Positions 12,103-24,437 of a stretch of DNA of 52,408 bases are shown piece by piece. The translations under genes were made by a program, and so were the position numbers. The DNA is from Thelocarpon superellum (lineage: Eukaryota): the NCBI GenBank assembly GCA_026025795.1, contig JAPEUG010000083.1:1-52408 (forward strand), read 5' to 3'. The notes under the pieces were generated by a model. It was not told the origin of the DNA. It made no database searches and saw nothing but the letters and a program-made list of their open reading frames with translations. The first letter of the stretch is position 1, and every line of letters begins with the position of its first letter.

Positions 12103-14317
12103 TGTGCGTCGACTTGAGCAAGGAGAAGAGTACCGAGAGCACTGGTCGTGTGCTAGACGACCGACGGGAGATGCGGGGCCAATCTCAAGCTCATGGATCG
12201 CTTGGGAACAGGGCGACTCGGACAGTGAGTTTTTCGGTCTATAAGCAGGAATACGATGATAGAGTTATGCTCCGATCGGGCATGCTCTGGTTTTGAAAAG
12301 CAATGTCGGGGGTTGGTGAGGCTGAGCGAGCTGCGTGTGAGATGGCTAGCTATCTGCTACCCCACAATTTCCTCCTTCCATTGCAAAGCGAGCTAAGCCA
12401 CCCTGCGGTTAGCTTGGCGTCATGTACGCACTGATTCACCCAATCATGTAATGCTTCTTCTGCGGTTCTCGTCCTCAGCACTTTATTGTTTTCATCGTGT
12501 TCTCGTTCACCGCTACCATGCGCACGTGGTGAGCAGCATGTGAACCAATTTCTGCTTGTCCTTATCATCTCCCACTTCCGGGACGCTCTCTCGCGCTTGC
12601 CTGCCAGATTCATTCCAGTAACACTGTCGGAGCGGTGGCAGGATGATGGTGGAGAGAGCTAGGTATTGTATGAGCCAGTTTTAAGGCGTCGTGCAGATGT
12701 CTCGTATCAGAGACTTGGCTGGACATAAGACCCATTTGATTGACGGTTTCGTCGAATGAGTGGATCTGTGAGTGGCCGACGGTCAGGGTGACGAGGCAAG
12801 ACAATTTGATTGTCGACGCATGAGACTGTGTGATCAATGACAGCCGACTGACCGAGACGACAGGAATGAACCGAGCCTACCTACTGTGACAGGCGACATT
12901 GGTGATGTGTGTCTGAATATGTCACGTAATGTAGCCGTGTTCGAGCACACCTAGGCGATGCTGAGGCCGTGGTGTCGGCCAACTGGGAAGGCCACGGAGA
13001 GAGACAGACCGTAGATGAGTACCGTATCATAGTCGTACACCGTATGACCCTTTTCGAGGACATACATAGATCAGCTCTGTCCTCCAAATCCCGTCGGTTC
13101 TCGGGCACGGAGGTGGTTGTCATGTGACGACGTCCGACATTGTGGCCTTGCAACTTTTAGCTTGCAAAGTGGACCTGCAACCTGGAACGAGCTGTCTCGG
13201 CAATGGAGCTGCCGGCCCGCACCGTCACCCCGTCGCACCGTCACATTGTCGCAAGGCGGCGACAGCCACACCACGACTCGTTCAAGCAGCTGTGCTCTTT
13301 CCAACGGCGTAGGAAATATGGCACCTGACCTGCAACGATCGGCGTACTTGTAGTAATAGCATCGTGGAGGCGAATGCACTAGGAGGAATAGCATCTTGGG
13401 TCATCGAAGCCACGCATCACGCAATTCCATCGATCAATCCGTGATCCAATTGCTGGCCAACTTCTGCCACTAAGAAGATCTCTGCGTAAACGGGCCGCAG
13501 AGCTAACGAGCCTGTCAGCCTATCGCCCCGCATGGCGCCGTGGCCGAATGGTGGCGCCGGCGGTCGACGGACCCTAGAGAAACAGCGGGGAAAGGCTGCA
13601 GATCCCACGGGCGAATGACGACGGCCGAGTGCTCCAACCGCCACTTGGATCCCGGACACTGCATGAAGCTACCATTACCGTGACCACCACCTCACTTCTG
13701 TCCTATGCATACCGTCCATGTCCATGCTGACATTGCCGGCTCTTCTGCATGTATGCGTACGATTGCAAGCGGACGGATAGCTTGTAGGAATGAAGTCTAG
13801 CGGTCGAAAGAGAGGTGCCGTCCTTCCAGCCCACACGCGGTAGGCGAGCGGTCCACCTAGCATCCACCCGCACGACTTGTCCGCGGTAGGGTAGGCGAGT
13901 CTCGGCCATGGCACTCCCCTACTCCCGTACGCCCTGCCAGATGGATGGGCCGACCTTGGATCACCTCGACGCAGGCTATGCGGCAATCCCTGAATGGGAT
14001 CCGATCGGCTTTCGTCTCCACACTCAGTGACATGATGCCATACCGTGTGCCAGTTGCTCCCACCTCGCTCTCCCACCCATGTCCTGTCCAGCCTCTGATA
14101 TCTAACGCATCGCTCCCACGACCTGCTCCTCAAGCTCATTGCCCATCTACCCCACCGCGCGGACCAACATTCCAGACGTGCTACTCTCCCCGCTGCGGCG
14201 TACACCTCTTGAGCCACTCGATCAATCAAATCTCATCTAGTGGTTAATGCCGATCAGCTTCTCTACCCGCAGTCCCTTTTACTACACCGCTCGCATTCAG
14301 TCGATTCGATTGATTAA

Positions 14318-16088
14318 ATGGCGTTAGGCGAGAAGTCGGAGATCGTCGACCTCCCTGTCGGAGGGGATCGTGGTCTTTTCGACGATCCTTCCTCCACCGG
14401 TGCCTACGATACGGAAAAGAATCGCACGGATGGCCCGAAGCTGAATCGTATTGGTCCACCGCTGAAGGGGTCGATCCCTCAAGTGTCGGACGCGGACTCG
14501 GTGGATGTGGGCACGCTGGTCGAGCTAGAGGCTGGCAACGCGATTCAATATCGAACCTGCAGCTGGCCCAAGGTGAAGCTCATGCGCTGGGGCAAAGACG
14601 CATCTGCTTATCGTCGTTAGACCGCCGCCCTACTCTTCTCCGAGTACATCTGCCTGGCCATCATGTCCTTTCCCTGGTCTTATGCGGTCTTGGGCTTGGT
14701 TCCCGGTCTCATCTTGACCGTGGTCGTCGCGGCCCTGGTGCTCTATACGTCGCTCGTTGTCTGGTGGGTACCTCACGAGGGGCGGCGAGACGGCACTGAC
14801 ATGGCGCAGGGAGTTCTGTCTGCGTCATCCGGAAGTGCGAGATGTCTGTGACATTGGACAGATGCTGTTCTGGGGACAGTCATGGGCTTGGTATTTTACC
14901 GCCGTCATGTTCTTGTTGAATAACACCTTTATCCAGGTGAGAGAAGCTCGAGATAGGGGGAGGGGAGACCTGGCTAACCAAGGTAGGGCCTCCACGTCTT
15001 GGTGGGGGCGAAATACCTCAACACAATCACTGGACATAGCGCTTGCACCGTGGCCTTTGCCGTGATCGTGACCATCATCTGTTTCATCGTGTCACTTCCC
15101 CGAACTTTCTCCACCCTGGCGAAACTGGCGACCGCCTCGGCATTTTTTACCTTTGTCTCCGTGCTCCTGGCTACTATTTTCTCGGGGATCCAGACGCACC
15201 CAGCTTTGTATAATGCGGGGGGACTGAGCACAACGACGGGCGTGGAGCTGACGGGCGAGCCCTCGTTCAAGGCTCTGCCCCTGGCGGGCACGACCTTTGT
15301 TGGGGGCATGAGCGCCTTTCTGAACATCAGCTACACCTTCATCGGGCAGATTACCATCCCCAGCTTCATCGCGGAGATGAAGAACCCGAGAGATTTCCCG
15401 AAGGCGCTCTGGGCCGTCACCATTGCCGAGGTGATTGTGTTTGGGCTCGTGGGCGCCGTGGTGTACGTCTACACGGGGACTCAATACGTGACGACGCCGG
15501 CGTTTGGGTCGCTCACACCTGTCTACAAGAAAGTCGCCTTTTCCTTCATGATCCCGACGCTGATCTTCCTGGGTGTGCTGTACGCATCCGTGTCGGCACG
15601 CTTCGTCTTCTTCCGCCTCTTTGACGGGACGCGACACAAGAGCTCGCACACTGTGATTGGATGGAGCGCATGGGCGGGCATCCTGGCCGCGACGTGGATC
15701 GCCGCCTTTCTCATCGCCGAAGTGATTCCCTTCTTCTCCGACCTACTCTCGCTCATGAGCTCGCTCTTCGATTCCTTCTTCGGCTTCATCTTCTGGGGCG
15801 TGGCGTGGATTCGCATGCGCCGCGCCGATTACGGCCCGGGATGGTTCGGCCGACTGGGCCTCGGCGGTCATCTCAAATTGCTGCTGAATGTGTTGATCAT
15901 CTTGACGGGCTTGTTCTTTCTGACAGCTGGGACTTATGTGAGGACATTCCATCGTCACTGTTGACCCCGATGGAGCATCAAGCTAACGTGATGTGATCTA
16001 CCCACAGGCCTCGGTCGAGAGTATCATCCTCAGCTACCAGGCGGGCGACGTCGGTTCCGTCTTTTCGTGCGCCGACGATGGGTTGTAG
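14318..16088 (+). CDS. Neutral amino-acid permease (Aa_trans/AAAP family, mtr-like)
   Basis: IQYRTCSWPK|TAALLFSEYICLAIMSFPWS, FCLRHPEVRDVCDIGQ, FIAEMKNPRDFPKAL, many TM segments; four introns. Confidence 0.92.
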
Positions 16089-16171
16089 GAACCGCGCCAC
16101 TCGATAGGAGGGAGTAAGTAGGAAGGGAGAGCATAATTCAAGCACGTGCGAAGAAGACCACAAGGACCAAG

Positions 16172-17837
16172 TTATTCCCGGTAGTAGCGCGAGGGCACAA
16201 AGGGCATCTTGGACACAACCGCCCTGCGTTTCTTCCCGCGCACCACGACAGCCAGTTCCGTCCCGGCTTTGTGGAATCCACTCTTCACGTATCCCATCGC
16301 TATGTTCTTACCCAGGGTCGGCGAGGGACAGCCTGAGGTGATGGTTCCCACCTCTTCGCCCGTAGAAGAGGAAGGGGAAGAGGAAGAGGAAGAGGAAGAG
16401 GGATCAACCACCGTAGCGCCTTCACGCGCCGGGGCTCCATCGACGATGAAGCCCACCCTGCGCCTCGTCACCCCCGTACCTCCTTCTTTGGCGGGCTTCA
16501 ACTGGCGCAGGACGACGTCGGCGCCATGGAACCCGCCCTCTTCCGCGCGCCGGTCCTTGCCGACCACCCAGCCGAGCCCTGCTTCAACCGGCGTGGTGGA
16601 GTCGTCGAGATCGTGGCCGTAGAGACACATCCCTGCTTCCAGCCGTAGACTATCCCGTGCGCCCAGGCCCGCGAGGCGTAGTTGGTCTGGGCCGGCGGTG
16701 GAAAGCAGCGTGCTGGTCACGGGCTCCGCGAGCGATGGTGGCAGAGAGATCTCGAACCCGTCTTCGCCTGTGTATCCCCCTCTTGAAACCAGCACGGGCG
16801 TGTTCTCTGGAGAAGAAGAAGAAGAAGAGGAGGAGGAGGAGGAGGAGGAGGAGGAGGAAGGGGAGAGACGGAGGGAGAGGAAGCGCGATTGTCCGAAAAA
16901 GAGAGAGTCCAGATCCGCCGCGACAGGGTCAACGAGGACGCGTTCGAGGATGCTGGCGCTCAAGGGGCCTTGGAGAGCAACGAGGCCCCATCCCTCCAGC
17001 ACCTCCCACTCCACTTTCTCTCCCCCAGCAGCATGCCACGCGCGGATATTCTCGGCGAGATATGCGAGGTCTTTGGCGCGACAGCCCGCGTTGGTCACGA
17101 TGTAGAACAGCTCGGGGCCGAGGCGCGTGATGACCGTGTCGTCGACGATGCCCCCCGTGCCGGGATGTAGGAGGCAGGAGAGGGTAGACCGGTGTGGCGC
17201 AAGGGTCACGAGTGACGCGGGCGTCATCTGTTGTAGGAGGCCCGTGGCGCCCGGGCCGGACAGGCGGTGTTGGACCCTGGGAAAGGTTAGTGGAGGGAAG
17301 CGGTCTTTGATAGTGGAGGTGAGGGTGGAGGTGAGGGTGGAGGTGAGGGTGGAGGTGAGGGTGGAGGTGAGGGTGGAGGCGAGGGTGGAGGTGAAGGTGA
17401 GAGTGAATAACAGCCACGCACATATGCCCGACGTCGAAGAGACTGGCTTTCTCTCTCGTCCACCGATGGCTCTCGCCCACGCCTTGGTCGGCGTATTGCA
17501 CCGGCATCGCGTACCCCGCAAAGGGGACGATGGAGCCCGCCCGGGCAACGTGGAGATCATACAGCGGCGTGCGCCTCAGAGGCTCGCTCTCGTTCGGGGT
17601 CGTGGCATAGTGGCGCGTATCGAGGCGGCGGAGGGATGGGGCGTCGTGATGGGCGCGGTGGAGAGTTTGAGGGCTGGTCAACGACGGCACTTGGTAGCTA
17701 GGGCTGGGGCCATGGCTGCGGGCATGGCCGCACCGTCGTTGCGTTCCTGTCCCAATTGCTCGAGTGCCGGCCCAATGGCATCTCGTGGCCTGGCTCGCGG
17801 CCCGTGGAATCACTCTTGCCATGCCGTAGGTCCTCAT
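16172..17837 (-). CDS. GCV1: Glycine cleavage system T protein (aminomethyltransferase), mitochondrial
   Basis: LRRTPLYDLH, VPFAGYAMPVQY, SLFDVGHM|VQH (intron 17277-17421), SRGGYTGEDGFEI, GLGARDSLRLEAGMCLYGHD, ITSGCPSPTLGKNIAMGYV. Confidence 0.96.
17313..17396. repeat. About 7 tandem copies of the 12-mer GTGGAGGTGAGG inside the GCV1 intron
   Basis: Read directly; last two copies carry single substitutions. Confidence 0.95.
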
Positions 17838-17904
17838 CGTGGTGAGGAATGTCCGCGGGGGCGGTTTATCCCTCGCGTGTGTTTCTACACTGGTGGGGCC
17901 GCCC

Positions 17905-17928
17905 TATATATGCTCGTACGCAGAGTCA
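17905..17928 (-). promoter_or_regulatory. TATA-like element plus TGACTC (Gcn4/CpcA core) upstream of GCV1
   Basis: TATATA at 17905-17910 and GAGTCA (=TGACTC on minus) at 17923-17928, 70-90 nt upstream of the ATG. Confidence 0.4.
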
Positions 17929-18090
17929 CGCATCTAGTGGGGCAGATTTCACGCAAAGGATTCCACAATCCTCCTTCCCGCTCTTGACCTATGCGAAGAT
18001 CTCGCCTCTCGCCTCACGCCTCACGCAGACACAGACACAGACACGCAGCAATGATATCTCCGCTGTGCTTGATATACATGGATAGAACCC

Positions 18091-21000
18091 TCAAGAGATT
18101 CGCATCGTGAGGCCAGGCGCACGAGGATCATACTTTTCCGTCGATTCCACATTCCACATGCCCAAACTCGCCCCCATGCCCACCTTCTTCGAGCTTCGTT
18201 TCTTCCCGTCCTTCTCCTGGGCCTTGAGCATCGACTTGCTCGTCATTGCCAGCGAGGTGACTAGATCCTGCAGCCGGCCCGATCGGATGAAGCATGGCAG
18301 GAGATCCGATCCCTCGGCCGCCACCAGGGCGGACAGCTCCATGCTCCGCAGCAGAAGATCCCGCTTGAAGGAATTCCCGGCGTACTGAAGCACGCTGTTG
18401 TACGCCAGGATCACATTCGGTAGATAGGCGTTTCGCAGCTTGACAAACTCCGCGTCATCGTCTGTGACACACGGTCAGTCATCTCCGCACCCCCGGTAGA
18501 ATCATCCACATACGTCCTCGAAGTCCCACCAGCCAACCCTCGAGCAATGGCTGCACCGCCGAGATCACGTCGTCTGTCGCCTTGATCACATCCCCTCTCA
18601 CCTTCTTGGCCTTGGAGGAGTCGGTGTTGCTACACACGAAAGGTCAGCAGCCAATCAAGGAACGGAAACATCACACGTACGACGCGACCCGGTCAATCGT
18701 CGACTTCCACGCCTCCAATGCCACCAGCGCAATCGCGAGCTGTTCCAGCTGAATGAATGTCTTGGCTTGCGTGGCAAGCACTTCGGCCGTCAGGCGACGA
18801 TGCTCGGCCCCAGCCTTTCGTCGCGCCCGCTCATCAGCCTGTTGTCGGTGACGGGTCGCTCGCGTCGTTCGTGGTGTGTCCGGCACCGCCGGTTGCTCGT
18901 CTTCTTCCTCGGGCATGTGGACGTTGACGTCGACCGCCGTGCCCAAGATCGCCCCAGACTTGGCCAACGAGATCTGCGAGCTGGGCATCCGTGCCAGCAC
19001 GTCTCGTGCCGCGCTGAGATGGCCCAGCCCGAAGAAGCGTCGGTAGAGCAGGGCGCCCACCTCGAATGTGAGATTCCAGCATCCATCCACGAGCAGAAAC
19101 CACTCAAAGCTCCGGATCAGCATGCGGTCCTCCGGGCTGATCTCGTCGCCCATGAAGCCGCTCTTGATCTGGTGCGCCGGATGGGACGCGAGCGCCGAGT
19201 CGTCCAAGATGGCGTTGACCACGCTCGGCTCCTTTTCCGGCTCATGCACGCCGTCCGAGCCCAGGTCAAGCAGGAGCAGTCGCAGCTGCATGTCGACGAC
19301 CTTGGGCACGTTGATTCCCAGCCCGTACATCAACGCGATCAGCTCTCGCTGGGTCGACGAGGCCGTTTCGTCCAGCAACACCCGGCTCAGCGTCATCCAC
19401 TGTCGTTCGGGCGAGAGCCGTGCGGCATACACCGGGATCATCAGTAGCTTCCCGGCCAAGCGTAAGAAGTCTATGTAGGCCACGATGATGTTCTCGGCCG
19501 CAATCTCGCGATTGCCCGACCCGACGTCGAGGCCCAGATCTTGGAAGAGCAGGAGCATGTGCGCGAGCACACGAAGCCCGTCAAAGTGGTCCGGCTCGAT
19601 GTACGCTGCCGCGGGAGGCGCCTCGTCCATGGCGGGGATGATCTTGGAGTAGTCGTCCCGATTGGCGACCTGGGCGAGGAAGAGTCCCTGGTGGTAGATG
19701 AAGTCGCGAAAGTTCTTGCCGACTAGCACACCCTGCAACATCGTCAAGGGCTGCGTGGCGTCGTCCTTGGTCACTTTGTGCACCTTCAGGTGCTCGACTA
19801 CGCGTCGGCCCGCCGTGTCCGGCTCGCCGTGGTAGAAGACGGAGTCGAAGACGCCAAATTGCTGGGTCAGGGCGGGCGGACACCGGTCGGGAAATTTCCG
19901 GCGCAGGTACACGTCAAATTGGCCGAGGAGGAGGGAGTTGTAATGGGCGAAGATGAAGTCGTCCCAGCTGCGGCACACCTTATGTACGCTGGCGAGGTCG
20001 CCACTCAGGACCCCGTACACGGCGCGCTCGTAGTCATCGATGCCCCCATTCTGGGAGAGGGCAGCGCACATGCGTCGCCACAGCGCACGCGAGGTACTGC
20101 CGTTCGGGATGGACGAGGCCCGACGGTGGCTGAAGCTGGTGGGAATCATGCCACGCATGCTGGCCCCTCGCCACCCTTCCACTCGATCCTGACACCACTC
20201 GCGAATCTCGGACCAGTCCCTCCCGCGCCGTAGCATCTCCCAGCACGCCAGCCAGATGGCGCGCTCAAAGTATTCGTCTGCCTTCTCCAGCACGTGCGAC
20301 TGCCGCGTCACAGCGTCGGGATCGAGCTGGGTCACCAGGCTCTCGGTCCGGTCGGCGTTCATCAGGCTGGCCGCGATCCCGGGCGAGTCCGGGTCCAATG
20401 GCTGGGGCCAGGAGCGCAGCCGTTTCTGCGCCTTGATGGCTTCTCGTGTGTATAGCCAGCCATGCGCCCACAATCCCCGCCCTCGATCGGCGCCGCCCTC
20501 GAGCTGTTCGACCAGCAAGTCAATGTCCTTGCCCGATCGCTCAGCGTTGTCCTTGACCCAGGTGAGGACGACCTGGCGCTCCCGTGCCGTGTCATCCTCG
20601 ACCAGGAAGTGCTCCCACACCTCTTGCTCGGAGGAAAAGCGGTGGATCTCCCCGAGCTCGGCCAGACGGGCCTGCTTCTCCGTGGCCGGGTCCAGGGACG
20701 GCGGCGGGTACTGAATGTCGAGCATCCCATGGAGCAGATCCCAGGTCTGCTCCTCTCGCTCCCAGTGCTGCAGGTCTTCCACAGTGGTCTCCGTCGGGTA
20801 GGTGGCGAGTTCCAGCGACGATTCTGCCTCATCCTCGCTCTCGGGCTCGGAGACGTCCTCGGTCGGGTCGCGCGACGTGGGCCCTTTGATGTCTTTGACC
20901 CGCTGATGCCAGCCTCGGTGCACCTGTTTCTGGCGCTTGGGCGCATGACGACTCCCCAGGCGCTCGACGGCCTCGCGGGCGATGTGACGATACTCGTTGA

Positions 21001-21613
21001 TGAGATCGAAGGTGGCGCGGTGTCGTGGTGCGGAGCCGGAGGGGTATTTTCGCGGATTGAGCCGGTCCAGCTGCTCGGCAAACTTCTCGACCTCTCGGCC
21101 GACGCGGTCGGCGGCAACCTTGAGAGGGAAAAAGGCCTCTTCGTAATGCTCGGGTTGGAGGAGAGCGCTTGGCGGAAGGAGGTTGAAAGCTGCGAGAGGT
21201 CAGCCAGTCGTCGAGTGGCATTGGACCTTCTCGACCCGGTCCTTTCCGTGGTCTCACCTTGCTCATTCTCGTCATCCAGGTCTTCTCCGTCGACGTACAT
21301 CATGTCATCAGCTGATGCGTCGTCGGACTCTTCGGAAGATCCTTCAGGCTAGGGTCGAGGGGTGTCAGCGTCACGCGTGCTAGATCGCTCTCGGGGTTGC
21401 CTGGCCGGCGTACCCTTTCATATTGCCACGATCTATCACGTCCATTCTAGTGAACACCTTCAGTCAGTGCTGAACACGCATGGACGAGGAGATGGGCGGA
21501 CGCGGCGGAATGAAGAGGACCATGCGGAATACAGGTGGTGAACGTACCGGACGTGCCACCTTCTCCAAGGGCTCCACCGCTTGGTGGGCGGCTTTTCGCG
21601 TGACAGGTGCCAT
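18091..21613 (-). CDS. NUP84: Nucleoporin Nup84/Nup107
   Basis: MAPVTRK.. small 5' exons, PLKVAADRVGREVEKFAEQLD, WEREEQTWDLL, GWLYTREAIK, LVTQLDPDAVTRQ, YERAVYGVLSGDL; several GT-AG introns at both ends. Confidence 0.93.
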
Positions 21614-21939
21614 AGCCCTTGGCTGTCTGGCGCCGCGTTGGCGAATAGGCGTGAGGAGGGTCAGGCCATGGACGGGGAAACAGCATCAACAAAGAGGATG
21701 ATCGGCGTGCTGCATTGTCGCCGGCAACTTTCTTGGCCAGGAACAGCGGGAGTACTACCAGCAACCAACACGCCGGAAGTTCCCGCACCGTCCACCACCA
21801 CGCGTGTCCAGCACACAGTCACTAGCCACTTTCGCGCTACGGCCACGACGCAACCCCCATAGGGCCGTTGGATGCGAGTGCGGGTGCGAGTACTTAAGCG
21901 GCCGAGGTGCCGGCAAACTTCTTGCTCTTCTCCAACAAT

Positions 21940-22104
21940 GACAATAGGCAATCATTAGAGTCTCGGGTCAGAACATTCGTTCCATGGCTGGCCAAATCCC
22001 TTGAGGGTTTCTCAGCGTGCTCACGGTCGCCTAAGAGTCACTCGGCACCTCCTGATCGATTTACCTGATCTCTTTGGAGGCGTGAAGGTCAAGCAGAAAC
22101 AGTT
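21940..22104 (+). ncRNA. snR11: Candidate H/ACA box snoRNA, snR11-like (guide for the LSU rRNA uridine equivalent to yeast Psi2416)
   Basis: Lower stem TAGGCAATC(21945-53)/GGTCGCCTA(22025-33); pocket arms TAGAGTC(21956-62) and GCTCA(22019-23) complementary to LSU rRNA UGAGC-U-U-GACUCUA; AGA hinge 15 nt after the pocket top; second hairpin CACCTCC/GGAGGCGTG; ACA at 22099-22101 (alternative 22111-22113); ends approximate. Confidence 0.7.
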
Positions 22105-22262
22105 GGTGGTACATGATGTTGATGATGTGACGTTGATGATGCTGTTGATGATGTTGATGAGGATGGTGGTGGCGGATGGTGGAAATGGGCTTAGTGTCTC
22201 CTCCGTTTCTCCTACATTCTTTACGCCAACTCCGAGACGAGAGTCTTATGTACAGGCTTCTC

Positions 22263-22784
22263 TCACTTTCCGCGAGCGGTCTCGATCGATTTCGGCGTCG
22301 TGGGATTCCATGTCTTCGCTTCTTGCGCTCGTTGCTTCATCTTCAGCCTGAGGAGATGGGCCTTTGGACAGCTGACGGTGGCGGCCTCGTCGCCCTGCCG
22401 ATGATAGAACACGTTACAGCATTCGTACAGTGCATCAACCTGCCCTCTGCATTTTTCTTCGTTGAAGTTATTCTTTGCTAGACAGTCTGCGACGGTTAGT
22501 CACCGGACACGCGCACCTGGATGGGGAGCGGTCGCGGAGTGGGCCGGAGAACTCTGGACGGGTAGCGGGGCTCACCTTGGATGGCGCACTACCCGTAGAC
22601 CTCATCGTTATCGTTAGTTTCCCTTGCACGGTACGACAAGAACAAATCCGGGATGCACCCGGACGGACGCTCGACATACCGCTCGTGGATGGCACGGTGG
22701 GTCCGTGACAAGGTCCTTTTCAAGTACCTGGATACATTAGAGGCTGGTAGGGTCTGCGTGGGATCTCGTTGGTCAGCCTACCAT
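22263..22784 (-). CDS. CMC4: Mitochondrial Cx9C-motif protein Cmc4 (MTCP1/p8 family)
   Basis: Exons 22782-22784 (ATG), 22680-22727, 22576-22588, 22263-22486 give MVLEKDLVTDPPCHPRACAIQDCLAKNNFNEEKCRGQVDALYECCNVFY...SCPKAHLLRLKMKQR; all introns GT-AG. Confidence 0.9.
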
Positions 22785-23527
22785 GTTTGAGGGTGGCTGC
22801 TGGTATGAGCCAGCTCAATCATGTACGTCTATGTGACCTGCCGGGGCCCTCCTGGACAGCATCTCGATAATGAAGGCGGCCCTGGCTGTAGCTGACCTCT
22901 ATCTTACGTAATATTGCCGAATGACGACGTTCATGCCAACCCCGCTAGTCGGTGTTAGGCCTTAAAAGCGCGCGGCTTCCACAAAGGCGTTACTGGTGAA
23001 TCGTTGAAGCGCCTGCGGCTGCTATCTGCATCCCGGTGGCGTGTGAGATCCCCAGTACCTCTCTCTGTTGGCGGCGCGACGTTTGTTTTCTCCACCTGCC
23101 CACTGCCTCCTGTCCCCCGCATCCACAGTCCAGCGTCCACTGCCCACCGCTCCCGGACAGTCCCATAGATCCACTTTCCGCTTGGTCCTCGCTTCCCTTG
23201 CCTTCTTCACTGGCACGTCGGACCGTTTGCCTGACCCAGCCGGGTGACAGCACCGCCAGATCCCGCGATCGCCGATTCTTTTGCTGGTGCCCAGCTCACG
23301 AACGTCCGCCTCTCGCCTCGGTCGACGTGGATAGAGCCAGCAGACGGACCTCATCCTCACCTTCACTCACCCGCGCGCCCACGATCCACGATCCACGATC
23401 CCCCACCTTACACTGTTCAGCATACCACCGTCGCGCCGCGAGCCCTCTCATCTCTCATCTCTCATCTCTCATTTAAGCCTCTTCTCTCCGCCACCCACTC
23501 GCAGTCTCATCTTCGCGCGTCAGCATC

Positions 23528-23883
23528 ATGTCGGGATCAGACCAGGGATCGCCTCCGGCGAGCAAGCCCGAGGAGCACGCGGTGCCCGAGCACCTCAACA
23601 TCAAAGTGACGGATAATAACAACGAGGTCTTCTTCAAGATCAAGCGCACCACCGCCCTCAAGAAGTTGATGGATGCCTTTTGCGAACGTCAGGGCAAAGC
23701 CCCCAGCACCGTGCGGTTTCTGTTTGACGGCAGTCGAGTGCGGCCGGAGGACAGTCCGGATAGTGTAGGTGGACTTCAAAGATATACCTGCCCGGATAGT
23801 CTCCTGACTTGTGTTGCTCCTCACAGCTCGAGATGGCAGATGGCGACACGCTAGAGGTTCACCAGGAACAGATTGGCGGATAG
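23528..23883 (+). CDS. SMT3: SUMO (small ubiquitin-like modifier)
   Basis: EHLNIKVTDNNNEVFFKIKRTTALKKLMDAFCERQGK..VRFLFDG..PDS|LEMADGDTLEVHQEQIGG*; intron 23765-23826. Confidence 0.97.
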
Positions 23884-24254
23884 ACGAGACGAGACGCGAC
23901 GAGATGAGATGCGATCGTAGAGGCCACGAGAGGCGCCTTCATCTTTGTGTTCCACCCCTACTTCTTTCTTCTTCTTCTCTTTTTCATTCATTTTCCTGTC
24001 CATCTTTCCCTCCTTCCTTCTTCATCATCATCTTGTCTCCTCTCCTCTCATCCATCCGGGGTTTCAAACGAACCGGCACGATACCGTTGATGCCATGAAG
24101 TCGTGGTGGGGTGGTGATGGTGGTGTTGAGGGTGGTCGGGGCAGACGTGAAACGGAAGGAGCAGCAGACGAAGAAACAGACAAGTTTTACATGCATGCTG
24201 GTAGGTCATGATGGAGAGGAAAAGTAGACAATGAGAATAAGACCAAGAAGAGGA

Positions 24255-24401
24255 AGTGGGAGTAGGAGTGGGAGTAGGAGTAGGAGTGGGAGTGGGAGTG
24301 GGAGTACAGGAGGAGAAGGACGGGATGGAGACAGAAGAAAGGGAAAAGAATCTGATGATGCCATGTGGTGTCCCGTTCCCCGTCCTACATTGCCTAGCTG
24401 A

Positions 24402-24436
<35 letters not shown>
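24255..24436. repeat. Microsatellite cluster: (GGAGTR)n at 24255-24306 and (CCTG)n at 24402-24436
   Basis: Read directly in the SUMO-PMC1 convergent spacer. Confidence 0.9.

Positions 24437-24437
<1 letters not shown>

Noticed and set aside
12250..13900. Possible transposon relic in the long intergenic stretch
   Set aside because: No terminal repeats, target-site duplication, or transposase/RT motifs recognised
17313..17396. Tandem 12-mer as CRISPR or telomere-like array
   Set aside because: No spacers, eukaryotic intron location, unit is not TTAGGG
21904..22195. RNase MRP or TPP-riboswitch reading of the structured region (9-bp GAGGTGCCG/CGGCACCTC stem, AGAGTCA, GGGCTTAGT)
   Set aside because: No GARAR loop, no P1 helix, no TPP CUGAGA/UAAU motifs on the same strand; the H/ACA interpretation fits better
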